A stretch of DNA of 64,000 bases from contig NC_043009.1 in assembly GCF_006345805.1 (NCBI RefSeq), positions 15,438,001 through 15,502,000 on the forward strand. The letters run 5' to 3'. The notes beneath the pieces were generated by a model, which made no database searches, was not told the origin of the DNA, and saw only the letters and a program-made list of their open reading frames with translations. Source of the stretch: Octopus sinensis. Its lineage: Eukaryota. Each line of letters starts with the position of its first letter. The stretch's first letter is position 1. The translations under genes were made by a program, and so were the position numbers. Of this stretch, positions 1-13,548 are shown piece after piece.

Positions 1-599
1 TTATAGAACTTTGTGAAACTCCCAAAGAACAGGTGAGATGGTGCAAATATTTCTCAAATTAGTATTACATGTAATTTGATAATTACTGCCCTATAATATT
101 TCGTATACTAGATGATTTATTTAGGCAAGCCATATGCGGTACAATGTAAATATATATAATTTTGTGTGTGAGTGTGTTTTTTAGTCTGTATGTCTACGTA
201 TATGTGTATGCATATACACATACACACATACACACAAACGCGCACACAAACACATCAATTTTAGGGTAACTATCTCAAATTTTATCAGTAATTTTAATGT
301 GTACATGTTTTAATAGCAAGTAATGAAAAAAAATATTTTGCTGCAAGAAATTTTGTTGTGATAAACCATATTTGTATTAATTATTTCCAAATGACGGTGC
401 CATTATAGTTTGTAAAGCAATCTACTGAAACCCCTAGAAAATTTGAAAATTACTGCAAGAAAATCCAAAATATGTATCACATTAAAAGCTTTTCTTCATA
501 TCCTGTTTAAATTAAACATAAATTAGGTAATAATTAACTGTCAATTAATCTTATGTTAATAGAATTTTTGAATTTGGGCGTACGAATATTTTGGAGGCA

Positions 600-855
600 C
601 AGGCGTGTCTTGGGCAAGTGTCTCAAAGCTTTTTGAGTGAATTTGATACATGGAAACCGTCATGTATATATACATATATGTGTATGTACGTGTATGTGTG
701 TATGTGCGTGTGCGTGTGTATGTGTGTGTATGTGTGTGTGTGTGTGTGTTATGTGTGTGTTTGCGTTTGCTGGCTCACAACCGTTGTTAGTGTGTTTAAA
801 TGTCCGTAACTTAGCGGCTCGGCAAAAGGAACAGATAAAATAAGTATTAGGCTTC
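600..855 (+). mobile_element. Degenerate SINE family 1 copy
   Basis: cttgggcaagtgtctc ... (TG)n ... gtgtgtttaaatgtccgtaacttagcggctcggcaaaagg..gataaaataagta. Confidence 0.65.
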
Positions 856-3800
856 AAAAGTTCACAACTAAATTTCTTCAAGGTTTTGCCCCGACACAGC
901 ATTAGTCTAATGAATGTAAGACGTAAAAGATAAAAGGAGGTTGAAGTATAAAACAGTTGAAACATTCCTGGAATATGACTGCTTATTATGAGTGGTAGTT
1001 AATACACATTCATTATAGTAGTGTCATATAAAATCGATGTATTTACACATAACAATAATTAAATATTTCGTTAAGAATGAAGTTTTGTTGTAGTTATACA
1101 GAAATTTTTAATGTAAATAAAGTAATAAATTTGTATACCATTGAAATAAATATTTGGAAACACACAATTAGGCACATAAATGTCTGGAAAATGCTCACAT
1201 TTTAGCCATTATTTTCGGTTATTTGCTTTATAGCAATTGTGCAATATTATTAAGAAAACAGCTTTTATTGAATTTTTACAGACAAAATTGAAAGACGTGA
1301 AACTAAGGTAACTATAGGAAATGGCATTATTATATAATAAATAATTTATTGTTATATTGTTATATATGCTTTAAAGTAGATGATAAAAGAGTTTCACTAA
1401 CACAAAGTGAAACCAATGAAAACATTCTAATTGTAGTAGCAGCAGTAGTAGTAGTTATTTTTGCTGTTGTTTCATTTTTGCCAATAGATCACATTCATAC
1501 TTGAAATGTATATAAGTGTGTTAACTTATATAAAAATCAGGGTGATTGCACAAAGAATATGTTGATTATGGAAAGCCCAGCTATATTTGGAAAATATATT
1601 TGAAGGAAGTATGAAAACAAATGAGGTGTTACACAGAATCAGACACACATTCAGGCACATAAACATACAGACACAGACACACAAACACACACACACACAC
1701 ACATTTGCACCCGCTATAAGTGTAGCAAGATAACCAGGCTGGCACAGAGTCGGAAAACACCACGAATATACAAAGATACAACCCAACTTATGAAAATAGG
1801 AAGAGAGACGCATGTAAGGACTTTCTTCACGAAAGAATGATCATCCGATGCCCCTATGGTATTATAGAACATGGATGTAATTTTTAATATGTTTTCATTT
1901 CAATGTTTCCAGCTCAAATTTCTCCTTTTCAAATAAAACATCGGCCCCATTGATATAATTCAGGACGCACATTCTGGGTCAGATAGATTACTCGCAGGAT
2001 CCTGAATTTCAGATGCATCGACGTGGAAGTATGCCTCATTGATTGTAAAATGCATCTGATTTAATTTCATGCTCCGCATCTTTTACCATTTTTCAGCTTT
2101 TGAAATTATTTTAACAGTCCTAGATTGAATGCTGCCACATTACTTCCAATACTACCCCGACAAAGTTACCCGTGGTTTTCTCCAGCAAAGGTGTTACTCT
2201 ATTCCATAGCTAAATCTCTTTAGGTTACTAAGGCATTATTTCTGTCGGTGGCATTGATCATCAGAAGGTAATGAACATTTGTCAGTAGTACGAATATCAG
2301 TCGCCCATTTCTAAATTTATTTCACCCACCTCCCACAAAGAAACAAACTGTGCAAAATATTCTTACAAAGGTGACGGAATTCGCTCATTGCGAAAAACAT
2401 TTTCTGAAGTGCTGCAACAAACGCATGTCAGCGCATTATTATCCACATTATACTAACCCTTCTTTATAGTAAGTCAAACATCAGATGGACTGTCTAAGTA
2501 GTAGAATGCTTTGCTTTCTAAAACAAACACAAAACATGAAGAACAGGCTCTCTTGCCTGGTCAACTGTAACCAGCGCTAAATGAAGACTGGCAAAATTAT
2601 AACATTAGATTGGAAATAAAATCTGTCATACTTTTCACATGCTCTCTTTTGTGGGTATTTTTTCCATGTTTCCCGTATAATAAGTATTAATTTTTTTTTC
2701 TAAACACTGTATTTTTATTTCTTTGTTCGCAGATAATGTTGAATTTATCCTTTTAAAATGAGTTCAGACTCGATGTATATCAGAACCTGCATGTCATATG
2801 AATTAAAAATGAACACTTCTACAATGGAATCGGTACGATATATTCGTTATGTCTATGTAATGTATCTTTATGTATCCGGGCATACCAACGATGGGCTGAA
2901 CTTTTCTCCTCGGAAAATGCTTATCCCGCAGGTTCCCTTCGATCCTGACAGGCAAGTCCTGTCGATATTTATCTTCTAAAACATGTAGTTGAAGAACACC
3001 CCAGAACTGCACGAGAATTAGCAAAGCGGTGCAATTTAAGTCAGACATCATAAAACATAAAATAGCTCTGTGAACGGTGAAAAATGCCTAAACTTGCTTC
3101 TTAGCTTAATCGAAGTGTTGTCCTGAAACCTTTATTTAAAAATGAACTTCGTGCAGAAAACCTCTTGGTATCCACTTCACAAGTAAAAAACGAATTCCGT
3201 TTATTCATTTTCAACGAAAGCAACAGTGAAAAAGGACGGTCCATGCCAAAACAGTGACTACAACTGAAAAAATACTGCACTGTATTTGGTTGAATATTTA
3301 AGGTGTCGTCTTTCGTGAAGTGTGGAACCAAACGAAACAATGTCAACTGGAAACGTTCTATAATTATTTGCAGAAAAAAATGTATTTGTTATTTGTCCCT
3401 CGTAAACGTACGTGGCTGAGTAGAAAACAATATAGTCTTGTTGGACCATGACTGCCACTTTGTTTTCTGGGGAAAATGACATTACTCATAGAGTTTATCA
3501 ACGTATGTAGACACACCTTTCCTGTATCCAATGTCTAACCAAATTCTGCAGAAGTAACTGAGAGCCAATGACACAGACAGAGTGATCGAGAAAAGATTTC
3601 CCTGAGAAATTGAAAATCTGATAAGAAACGGTCCCAGTAGATGGTTACTTAATATCATTAGAGTAGTACATTCTCTCTGAAAACTCCCAGCAATTAACAT
3701 ATTTGAATAAAATCGGCAGCTTTTAGGCCAGCAGCCAAGTAGCAGCAGCTAACATAATCGAAAATTATCAATTAATTCTAATCGATTAGAGCTACATCAA

Positions 3801-6689
3801 ACCCAGGTTGTTACCCAAACTCTGATAAATGGCATGGAGTAGAGATTATCAGGAATAAATTTGCATGAAATCTTACATGTTTGCAAATTTCCGACAATAC
3901 CGACTACTGTTGCCCATGGTTTTGCTAATTCTTCGACTAAAATCTTAATCTCAGTATGTACCAAACAATGCCCATCCACATCCACCATCGCCTATATTTT
4001 AACAGCTGTTATCGGAAGTTTTTAGAAGAGTGTGTCTACTGTAGTGGAGGGAGCCACAATGTCACTAACTGAAGGTCAATACCATTTCTAGCTCGTCATT
4101 TGGTCAAACCTTCCAAAATTCTAGTTCTTACACATAACTATCTATCGAAAATCTATTTCTGACATGTTTCCAAGACAGACATGCACCAGCTAGGTGCATG
4201 GAATGGTTTTCGTTAGCATGTTTTAGATAATATTGTATAGTTCTATCAATGTAAACGCCGTCTTTCGCTTTGAAGAAATAGTTCAATCACCATTCTTTGC
4301 ATAACGTCTGACTCTGTTAGTTGACTATGAATTTACTCTTTGGCCCTACCTCTAGTCTATTTTGCTGTATCATTATCATTAGCTGAAAGGTACGAATTCT
4401 ATTCTAATCATCTCTTCAGAGGATGATTGTTTCTGAGTTATTTAATAATAATTGGGACGGCGCAGACATGATAAACTGGATTTAAAATATATGGAAGTCG
4501 TTATATAAATGTACAAATACATACACGAGTGTAAAATGCCACGTTCTAGATAGGTTCGGTTGCTGTTTTGTGGCGACCACATCTACTGTTAATCACCTTT
4601 TGAAAACTTGTATAATTTGCAAAATAACTTCACTGAAATTATAGCTTGTCCGATGAGAGCACTTTGGACTTAGAGTCTCCATTTTCTTCTAAATGAACAG
4701 ATTTTTTCCATCTTTCTCTTCCCTGCTATTCACTATTTCGAGTTTCCTTTGTTTAAACACGCATCTTTGCACATCGTACACAACAATTCTTTCCGCAAGG
4801 ATTAGTAAAGTTCTCTCAACCTTCCACAGCCATCATTTTTTTTTACTCATGTCTTTATTAATCTCCCGTTGTGCACTCACATGCTCCCTACTTTCCATTT
4901 TATTTGCTACGTCACAGAAAATTTGGAATATACTTTGCTGGAACACATTCTCTTCTGAAAGTCGTGAGTTGGTTGTATACTTCAGTGTCATCTTGGTGTC
5001 TACCTCGTCGCCACCTGGTAATGATTCTCCTTCAACTAATGGTGCTACTGAAAGATCAGTAACTGCTGAGGAGTATGGCCTTAATTTCAAAATGTCTTGT
5101 TCTCAACAAGTTTTCTAGTGATTATCTTTACTCTCAAACTTTATAACCTTTCCTCTCAAGGTCAGTGCTCTCATTGATCTCTAGTAGTAGTAAGCACATT
5201 TGACCTCTGCTGATCCAAAAGGTGTGAGGTTGCTTTTGTCTCCTTATTGCACAGGAATGTCCATTGGGGACCTCCTTACCATCTGCCGAATCTATTTACA
5301 TATCTGTGGAATTTGGTCTATTCACCAAGAGTAGCAACTTGGTGAATAGACCAGAAGATTGGTAATATAGATCTGGTGTTATTATCTCACCTAGAGGCGG
5401 TAATAATCTTCGTAAAATAAGAATTTAAGTTGTATGCGATTTGATATACGTCCGTTCGTCTCTGCTGCTCAAATACATCCACTGGCCACTATAAGCGATT
5501 TCTCTTTCAACATTCTTTTAAAGTTATACCTGTGTGTCTGTGTCATTGTCTCTGTATGTGTGTGTGTGTGTGCGCGCACGCTTGTGTGTGTGTGTGCGCG
5601 TGCGTATGTGCGAGTGTGTACATTTAATTATATGAGTATACATGTATCTATACATATTGCTCTCTTCAGATCATGCTGTATATCTCTACGAATATTATCC
5701 ATTGAATTAAGAATATAGTGTGGGAAACGTTTTGTAGCAACTGCCCTTCGCCTCTTACTCATTGAATACCTGTACGCAATTTTGCATCCTGTATACAAAC
5801 TGTACATCATAGAAAATCCACAACCTACAGTAAGCCTACGACGGAGAAGTCGTGTAACAGTGTATCTTGTATAACATAATAAAAGCTGCTGGTTGCTATG
5901 CGAAAAACAATTGAAATCTTCTCACATCAAGCTATAATTATCATATATATGAAAAGTAACCTATCTGGTGCCAAAACACAATTATTCTTGACTGAATAAA
6001 CGTTTACAATGTTTTACTAAGTACTTACAATCAATCGTTCTTCGATATTGTGTCTCCTCACTTTTTACTTTTTAGCCTCTAGAACGTTTTTTTTTTTCTT
6101 ATTTCTGAAAACTATATTTTTTTCAATGTCTCCATCTTCGACTTCAAAATTTTCAATTCCAATATCTTTTCATAGATACTAAAACGAAGATCTACTAAAA
6201 TTGGTAGAGTATCTCGGGAAATTCATGCAAATATATTTTCATAAAGTGTGAGTATATTTTAAGCAATTTCCGAATAAGCACGGATTCTGTATTTTATCTT
6301 GCCTTTCTACAAACATCTGCAAACTCTTTCCAGATTTATTCTTTTTGAAGTCATCTCAAACTCACCATATGCAATATTTTCTTAGATTTTTCGTGCTAAT
6401 GCATTTCAGTTTTCCCTTATATTAAAATATCATTTCGTTTTCTGATATTTGAGTAAGAGTTACTTGTTAGAAACACATTTCATTAATTATTAGCTAAGTA
6501 TTTCTCAACGGAAATGCGAACAATTTCTATGTTTTGATTTTTATACCAAATGTGATTTATGGCTGTGAATAATTCAAACAACATTAATGCAGAAATTTGA
6601 ATTTTCCAAACGTTCAATTTACGCTTGCAATACATTTGCAACTGTGTGTTTCAGTCTACCGAATGGAATATTTCTGCCTGCACATATCC

Positions 6690-7130
6690 CCGCCTTATGA
6701 TGATGGTCGTCATTCGAAAATGAAACTATTCTCTCGTGTCAGTCGCCAGTGAGCCCCCACTTTCTTGAACAATATAGTTACTCTGGATATCAGCAAATAC
6801 TTCGATCGTAACTACCACAAAAATCATTTTAAAATATGTCACTGATCATCATCCATTCCTTCTCAGGCCCATCGATAACTCCCTCCCTCAGATCGCATAA
6901 TCCTATTGTGTCCTGAGAAAGGATTATCTCTCCCACAATTTATCAGCTGTAGTGTATACCAGATTTTAGTTTTCTCCCCAACACTATTCCGCCTAAACCT
7001 CAACTTCCTCCTTGACCCACACCTCAGCAATACTGAAACACCTACAACCAATTCTCCCTTCGTTACTAATTTGCTTATTATCTTCCCTGGATGCTGCATT
7101 TCTGCTTACATTTTGTCAATGTAAGATTAT
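6690..7130 (+). mobile_element. Highly decayed LINE RT fragment (Jockey/CR1/I-like)
   Basis: In-frame VTLDISKYFDRNYHK (cf. LDISKAFDRVWH) at ~6776-6820 and IISPTIYQL at ~6927-6953 (cf. GSVLSPTLF). Confidence 0.5.
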
Positions 7131-7721
7131 TGTCAGGTATTTTCTCCCTATGACAATCACATCTGTTTAGCGATTTCACATTTATTTTGGCGGTTCTACA
7201 TTTGATTTGTTTTTTTAATTTTCCCTTCATTTCATTAACCTTGTCGCGTTCTGAAGCCCTTAATGAAGCCCTTAATGTTGAATCGGAGGGCTAGCGTTAC
7301 CGAGAATATATATCTGTATCCTTATAAAAAGTAGAGTTTGTTTGTTTGTTTGCTTTTTTTGTTTTGGTTGTTTGTACGTTGACTGCAGAAAACATTAAAA
7401 ATAATTTACACTTCAGGTTCTTGTGTCATTTAAATTAATTTGACCATTCCACGGATAACTGTGCTCTTATTTTTCGAAAACTAATTGATAGGGGTCAACT
7501 TGGTGGTGTATTGGTTACTATTTCGTACTGTCTATTTCACCGTAATACTTTCCACAGAGGAGAAAAAATACCCCACCTATCACTCAATCCACCTCCAACT
7601 TTCTCTAAGTTTATACACTACATTTGTTCCTTGGCAGTCGACGCCGGACCTCTGCTTTCTCCTTGACACTCTCTATGTCCCTGTCACTCTCACTATCTCC
7701 CTCTCCCTCTCTCCCTTTCTT

Positions 7722-7754
<33 letters not shown>

Positions 7755-8094
7755 ACCTCTATCTCTTTTTCTCTATATAGAAAAAAATACGTGAGACACA
7801 TAGAAAGGGGTTTAGGGACAAAAATCAAGTGAGACGCAGGACCTCTGCATTCTCTCTTTCTATATGTCCCTCTCTATGTCTCTATCTCCCTCTCTCTCCT
7901 TCTCTCTGGTTGCTTATGTGTGTTTCTCTCTCACTACTTCTATCTCTTTTTCTCTCTAGAGGAAAAAGGATTGTGGAGTGGTACACGTATGTTTGTGACT
8001 GAACTACAGCCTTGCATTATCGAAGTGTTTTGCATTATCAAAGGAAAAGACAGAAATACAGAAAAAGGGAAAAGTTCCTAGCTATTTGAAGACT

Positions 8095-8495
8095 ATACTC
8101 TTTACTCTCTCTTTTACTTGTTTCAGTCATTTGACTGCGGCCATACTGGAGCACCGCCTTTAGTCGAGCAAATCGACCCCAGGACTTATTCTTTATAAGC
8201 CCAGTACTTATTCTATCGGTCTCTTTTGCCGAACCGCTAAGTGACGGGGACGTAAACACACCAGCATCGGTTGTCAAGCAATGCTAGGGGGACAAACACA
8301 GACACACAAACACACACATACATATACATATATATACATATATATACATATATACGACAGGCTTCTTTCAGTTTCCGTCTACCAAATCCACTCACAAGGC
8401 ATTATTCGGCCCGGGGCTATAGCAGAAGACACTTGCCCAAGATGCCACGCAGTGGAACTGAACCCGGAACCATGTGGTTGGTAAAGAAGCTACTT
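8095..8495 (-). mobile_element. tRNA-derived SINE family 1 (Octopus OR/CORE-like): B-box, body and tail, head split by the Tx1 LINE
   Basis: Minus strand reads aagtagcttctttaccaaccacatggttccgggttcagttcc (B box) cttgggcaagtgtctt..., internal (TA/CA) tract, and tail ...gtcaaatgactgaaacaagtaaaagagagtaaagagta. Matches the intact copy at 16179. Confidence 0.9.
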
Positions 8496-8723
8496 TATTT
8501 CATAAAATTTGCCATTTAGGCATTTACAAAGAGGGGACAAACAAGGACAGACAAATATAAAGTGTGAAGTAGCTTAACACAGTTACAATTTTCGAATGAA
8601 ATTACGGATAAGATTATAAACAATGAATTTTACGAAGGCAATGTTTAAAAATATTAATGATCATGTCGAAGGACGGACACCCAGCCATTCGGGTAGAACC
8701 TTTACTTTCTGATCCGGTCACAC

Positions 8724-11018
8724 TTACCTGGTGCCAAACATACCCATCTTGTATGCCACAGGCTTCCATCTTTTCACAAACATATCTCGTGACAGACACC
8801 TCTTCTCCAGCCTGATTTTGCTACTGAGGTGGTAACTAAAAAAATTAATCAACCCCTGGCCGGAGACAAAGGTGCCTGTCACTATACCTTTCGTACGCGT
8901 CTTCCATACTGTTTCTTTCAGTATGGCTACTACACAGAAAAAACAAGCCTTTCTTTCCCTGTTAAGGAAAGGGGGCGGCACAATCTCGATGATAGACTCA
9001 GCTGATAGCTGTACTCTTCCCATCACTGACAACAGTTGTTCAACAAAAGCTATCAGTCCCGATAACTCCGGACACTCCACGAATGCGTGCAAGACGGTCT
9101 CCCTATCCTGCTCACATCGCGGGCATGTCGGCGAGACGGCACTACCGTGCCTTGACAGCTTGTCGCGAACAGGTAAAGCCGCACGGAAACACTGCCAGGC
9201 CAGGGATTTCTGGTAATTATCCAGATACCCCGGCCCGAACGTCCTCCGGAACAGGTTGACCAACTGATTTTCATCGTAGCCCAGGGTCTCCCCCAAGGCG
9301 TCTTCGGACTTAATCTCCACTAACCCGCTATAGAAATCCGTGGTGGAACTCCTGTTGCCGGCGTTGCCCACCCGAGATAGTAGCTGGAGCGCCTGGCGGC
9401 ACTCCAAATGCCATTCACTCAGTTTAGGTCTCCGCTTGATCCATGCACCGATGTCCGTTAGGGATGTTAACTGGGGAAGGTAGAACCGGACGTGCGGTGA
9501 CCACACCTGCTCTCCATCCAGGTAAAGCCAGAGGTGCCTCAACCTTAACGCGAGTTTTCGCATCCTCAGCCAAGGCATCCCTAGCCCACCCTTTAGCGGT
9601 TTCTGGCAGCAGACAGAGCGCTTTACAAGTGGCTTTCCTCCTTTCCACAAAAATCGGAAAAGGATTCTCTCCAACTTGTTCAGCCACAAATCGGGGCAAG
9701 GCACCACGGTCAGACGGTAGGTGATTACTGATGCTATAAACATCTGCACCACCTCTGCCTTCCCTAGCAGGAATAACGCCCGCCCAGACCAGGTCTGGGT
9801 TAGAGCGGTTACCTTGTTGGCCACCTCACTCCAATTTTTCTCAATCTGGAGGTCTGGCCCGAACCAGACTCCGAGCAGCTTAACAGGACCTTCCGTCCAA
9901 CGCCCTACGACGTTATTGGACGGCATCGGCTTGCCCCTCCAGGTGCCGAGTTGCAAACCGACCGACTTGTCCTTGTTAACCTTTGCTCCTGCCACCGCCT
10001 CGTAGCTTTTGATGGCCTCTTCCACCACTGGAAGCTGGCCTTCGTCTGCCACGATGATGGAGGTGTCATACGCATACGCCGTAGCTCCTCTTCCACACCA
10101 TAGATCATGCGGCGCGCCCCCTAGTGCCTCCAACTTCCGCAGCAAAGGCTCAAGAGCCAATACGTATAGGAGCGAGGACAGGGGACACCCTTGACGAACT
10201 GAACGCTCGATCCTGAACGGCTTCGAAAAGGAACCGTTCACCTTGACTACAGACTCGATGTCGCTATACAAAGCAGCGATCCAGCCTCGAAAGGTCGGGC
10301 CTAGGCCAGCCTCTTCGAGGACCGCCGCCAGGTACCGATGGTCGACCCTATCAAATGCTTTGGACTGGTCTAAATGTACCAGTGCTCCCCCTGCGCCAGA
10401 AAGCTTCCCCACCCTCTCTAAGGAGTAGCGTATAAGGTGGAGATTGTCGTGGATCGTTCTGCCGGGGATAGCGCACGTTTGCGCTTCCCCGACAAGTTTG
10501 TCCACGACCCGCGCCAACCTTTTTGCTAGCACCTTGGCCAGAATCTTTAACTCTGTGTTTAACAGAGTTATGGGCCTGAAGTTCCCTATCTCGTCCCCCT
10601 TGTTCGGGTCCTTCCTGATCAACGTCACCGCCCCCCGGCTCGCAGACTTGGGAATTCTCCCATTCTGCTGCCAGTTGGCGTAGACGCTAGCCAGCAGGTG
10701 CCCGAACAAGTCTGGCATACTTCTATAAAATTCATAGGGCAGACCATCGAGACCCGGCGACTTCTCCCCGGGGCACTTGCCCAACACCTCGATTACTTCC
10801 TCGGCTGTGATTGGCCCTTCACAGCACTCAGCCTCTCGTGTCGAGAGGCGCGGGCCACCAGACAGGAAGTCCCTAAGGGCCTCACCATGATCCAGCGTCC
10901 CGCACCTCCCGAACAACTCGGCGAAGTGCTTGTGAAGTGCCTCACACATCTCGTCCCGCTTTTTGATCGTGCATCCGTTTTCATCAACAAGAGACCCAAT
11001 TGTGGCATCGTTTCCACG
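8724..11018 (-). pseudogene. Tx1 ORF2 reverse transcriptase and C-terminal Cys/His domain (catalytic motif mutated)
   Basis: Motifs KSPGLDGL, NFRPITLLN, LDQSKAFDRV, VRQGCPLS, AYAYD (expected YADD), CPRC..ETVLHAFVEC. The 23 codons 11018-10950 (RGNDATIGSLVDENGCTIKKRDE) link it in frame to the endonuclease. Confidence 0.95.
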
Positions 11019-12125
11019 CTATGTTTCTATCGTACGGGCCCATCCGGCAACATTAATACCCTCACGGCCCAATGCTCGTACTTTAGCCCGGACTCTACAT
11101 CCCTCATGTTTGGTTTTGAGGTGACGGTCTAATGCCGTTCTCGCCGCTAAAATGTGAGATGCAGAGCCCAACCTCAACGCCTCCTCTAAGTTCTTAACTA
11201 GTTGCCCTTCTATTCTAGCCCTATCTAGTCTTAGTTGTTTACTAAATCTAATGGACTCGAATCGAATGGCTCTTTTGAGGGTGAACCACCACCGGTTATT
11301 AACCACGGCTCCGGTTAACGCCCTCTGCACTAACACCTTAATCCGGCTACGGTATGCCTCGCGTGTCAAAATAGACTTGTTCAGCTTCCAGTAGCCGGTT
11401 CCTATCTTAAGTGTGCTATCTATGTCCAGTCTACACGTGACCATTCTATGGTCAGTATAGGGCACCTGGACGAGCTGTGGACAACTAAAACTAGACTTAT
11501 CTCTAGTTCTTATCACTATCCTGTCTAGGTAAGACTTGAACCTTCCGTCGCCACTCATCCAGGTCCACTCTGGGACGTTCGGATGGTCAAGTCTGTAACG
11601 ATCTGCCAGCTGAAACCGCTTAAGCAGATCCACGAGACGTGAGTTCACTTTCCTATAGATCGAGCCAACGCTATCGATGTGTACGTCAACGATAGCATTA
11701 AAGTCCCCTAATATCACTAAAGTCTTCGACGTCACGAGAAAGCCCTCTAGGCGCCGATAAAAATCAGTTTGGAAGCCTCTAACACAAGGTGCATAGAGTC
11801 CGATCAACCTGAAGGCCTTACTGCTGTATGTCACATCAAGGACGACCAGCCCACCTTCTGGGTCTACATAGACTGTACTTGTCTGTAGAGCCAAGTCTTT
11901 ACGGATCAGTACCACTACGCCCCCTCGTCCCCCGGTCTGGCCAGGAGACATGATTTTCTCGTAGCCATTCAGGAGAGGCGAGAAGGTTTGTAGGCTGTCC
12001 AGCTTGGTCTCTGTAGCAACCATCACATGTATATTATGTGATCTGAGGTCGTCGAGGAAACAAGCCTGCTTCCACTTCGAACTCAGACCACGCACATTTA
12101 AACAACCAAGGTTAAGCGAAGCCAT
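11019..12125 (-). CDS. Tx1 ORF2 N-terminal part: apurinic-like (APE) endonuclease
   Basis: Motifs GCLNVRGL, ATETK, IGLYAP, LGDFNA, SYLDRI, YTDHRMV, GTGYWKLN. Terminated by a TAG at 11019-11021 that is in frame with the RT ORF below. Confidence 0.93.
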   Translation of the reverse strand: MASLNLGCLNVRGLSSKWKQACFLDDLRSHNIHVMVATETKLDSLQTFSPLLNGYEKIMSPGQTGGRGGVVVLIRKDLALQTSTVYVDPEGGLVVLDVTYSSKAFRLIGLYAPCVRGFQTDFYRRLEGFLVTSKTLVILGDFNAIVDVHIDSVGSIYRKVNSRLVDLLKRFQLADRYRLDHPNVPEWTWMSGDGRFKSYLDRIVIRTRDKSSFSCPQLVQVPYTDHRMVTCRLDIDSTLKIGTGYWKLNKSILTREAYRSRIKVLVQRALTGAVVNNRWWFTLKRAIRFESIRFSKQLRLDRARIEGQLVKNLEEALRLGSASHILAARTALDRHLKTKHEGCRVRAKVRALGREGINVAGWARTIET

Positions 12126-12142
12126 TACAAAAAGTAAAAGTT

Positions 12143-13548
12143 CTACTTACGTTTCGTTGGAGAGGTGGGGGCCGACCTCGCCACACGTTTGTGGGCCCCT
12201 TCTTTCTCCTCTTTCTTCAGATAGTCCGGCAAGTTCGCGATATGCCGGATGGCGTTTGGGTGTCTGTCTTTTAATTGTTTGAACGTTGTTTCCGCAATCC
12301 ACGCGTGTCTATTTCGATCTTTGTATTTGTTGTACAGTCTTGCTGACTGATGCTGAACCACAATATCGTTTATGTATTTGTCTTGTGTGTCAAATTCAAT
12401 TAATATGAGTTCATTTTCTTTTTTGTCTTCTTTTTCTGGGCCAGTTGAGCGGGATGTTTTTTTCCGTGTCTGTGGTGTGTCTTTGTTTTTATTATTTTTT
12501 GTAGGGGATTTGGACGGGGATGCTGCACGAATTCTTTTACGAACTGGTGTAAATCCCCCCTCTGATACCTCCATGGTATCGTCTGGGGTGGCAATGGCTT
12601 GTTCGGTAGGCGCCGCAGTTTTTAGGGGGGTGGGAGGTTTTAATAGTGTAGGGGTTTGTGAGTGCGAGGGCTGGGTTTTTTCTTCAGTCTGTTTTGGGGT
12701 TGGCACCGTAATAGCGGGAGTGGGATTTTTTGTTTTTGTAGGGGTAGGTGTGTTTGCCAGGGTAGGAACTTCTTTATTATCTGAGGGGCCTGGTGTCTGC
12801 GGTTTCTTTTGCTTGTCTGGACAGTCTACACGAATGTGGCCCTTTTTGCCGCAGGCGTAACAGGTGGGTTTTCGGCCTTCGACCTGTACCCTGAGGGCTA
12901 CGTTCTCGCCCACGAGCACCCTCTCAGGAAGGAGCTGTAGGTCCTCCGCTGTTCCTTGAATTAATATATTAATGTTACGCCCGAGCCAAAATCGAGGGGT
13001 AGAGCATGTTACTTCTAGTATTTTTATTTTGTCCGCCCTTTTATATAATAGGGCGGCCACTACCTCTACCGGATCAACTTCCGGCGGGGCTTCTACAATC
13101 CTGACCCGGGACGTCCTGCGTCCCCTATAGCTTGGAAAAAGTACCACCTCCTTGGTTTTTAGGGGGTTTACAGAATGCCCGCAGGCCATTTCTTCCCCCG
13201 AGAAGCGGACATCCACTGTGCCATATGCCCGTCCCCTGGCGACGTACACGATGTCCTTCCAAATCGGGGACAGGCATTTCTCGATGGTACTTTTTTTCCA
13301 AAGTGTTTGAACCTTCTGCTTTGTGGACAGAAAGTTTAAAACACTACGGTCCGCTTCTCGGTCTCCACGATACTGGCGGAGGGTGATATTTTAACATCAC
13401 CACCCTCCTCTTGCATTTTTTTAAATAGCTCGACGAGCTGATTGACAACGATGTCAATTTTCTCGGTAGCCACTGCGGCTACCTCAGAAAATTTTTTAAC
13501 ATTGCTCTCCTCAAGAGCACTACTTTAGTGAATAATTTCAACAGACAT
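12143..13548 (-). pseudogene. Tx1 ORF1 (gag-like RNA-binding protein with zinc knuckle); N-terminus disrupted
   Basis: Track ORF 12143..13249 contains CYACGKKGHIRVDC (CX2CX4HX4C) followed by a Pro/Thr/Lys-rich tail. A probable original ATG lies at 13546-13548 (MSVEIIH*SSALEESNVKKF...EKRTVVF*), with two in-frame TAA and an inferred frameshift near the A-run at 13291-13297. Confidence 0.85.

Noticed and set aside
1850-2250. Possible Tc1/mariner transposase remnant (minus strand HFTINEAYFHVD)
   Set aside because: One weak motif, no TIR, and no further DDE context.
4180-4200. Hairpin catgcacc-agcta-ggtgcatg
   Set aside because: 8-bp arms are expected by chance in 64 kb.
7254-7277. 12-bp direct duplication gaagcccttaat x2, and ~14-bp repeats at 18724-18770
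   Set aside because: Ordinary slippage duplications with no further structure.
11019-11021. Idea that cephalopod A-to-I editing recodes the ORF2 UAG to Trp and restores the protein
   Set aside because: UAG is a favoured ADAR context, but the RT catalytic motif is also mutated (YAYD) and ORF1 is disrupted. A simple nonsense mutation explains it and there is no RNA evidence.
8872-13386. Plus-strand and alternate-frame ORFs overlapping the Tx1 element (e.g. 12372..12860, 10698..11132)
   Set aside because: Shadow frames of a GC-richer coding region with no motifs of their own.
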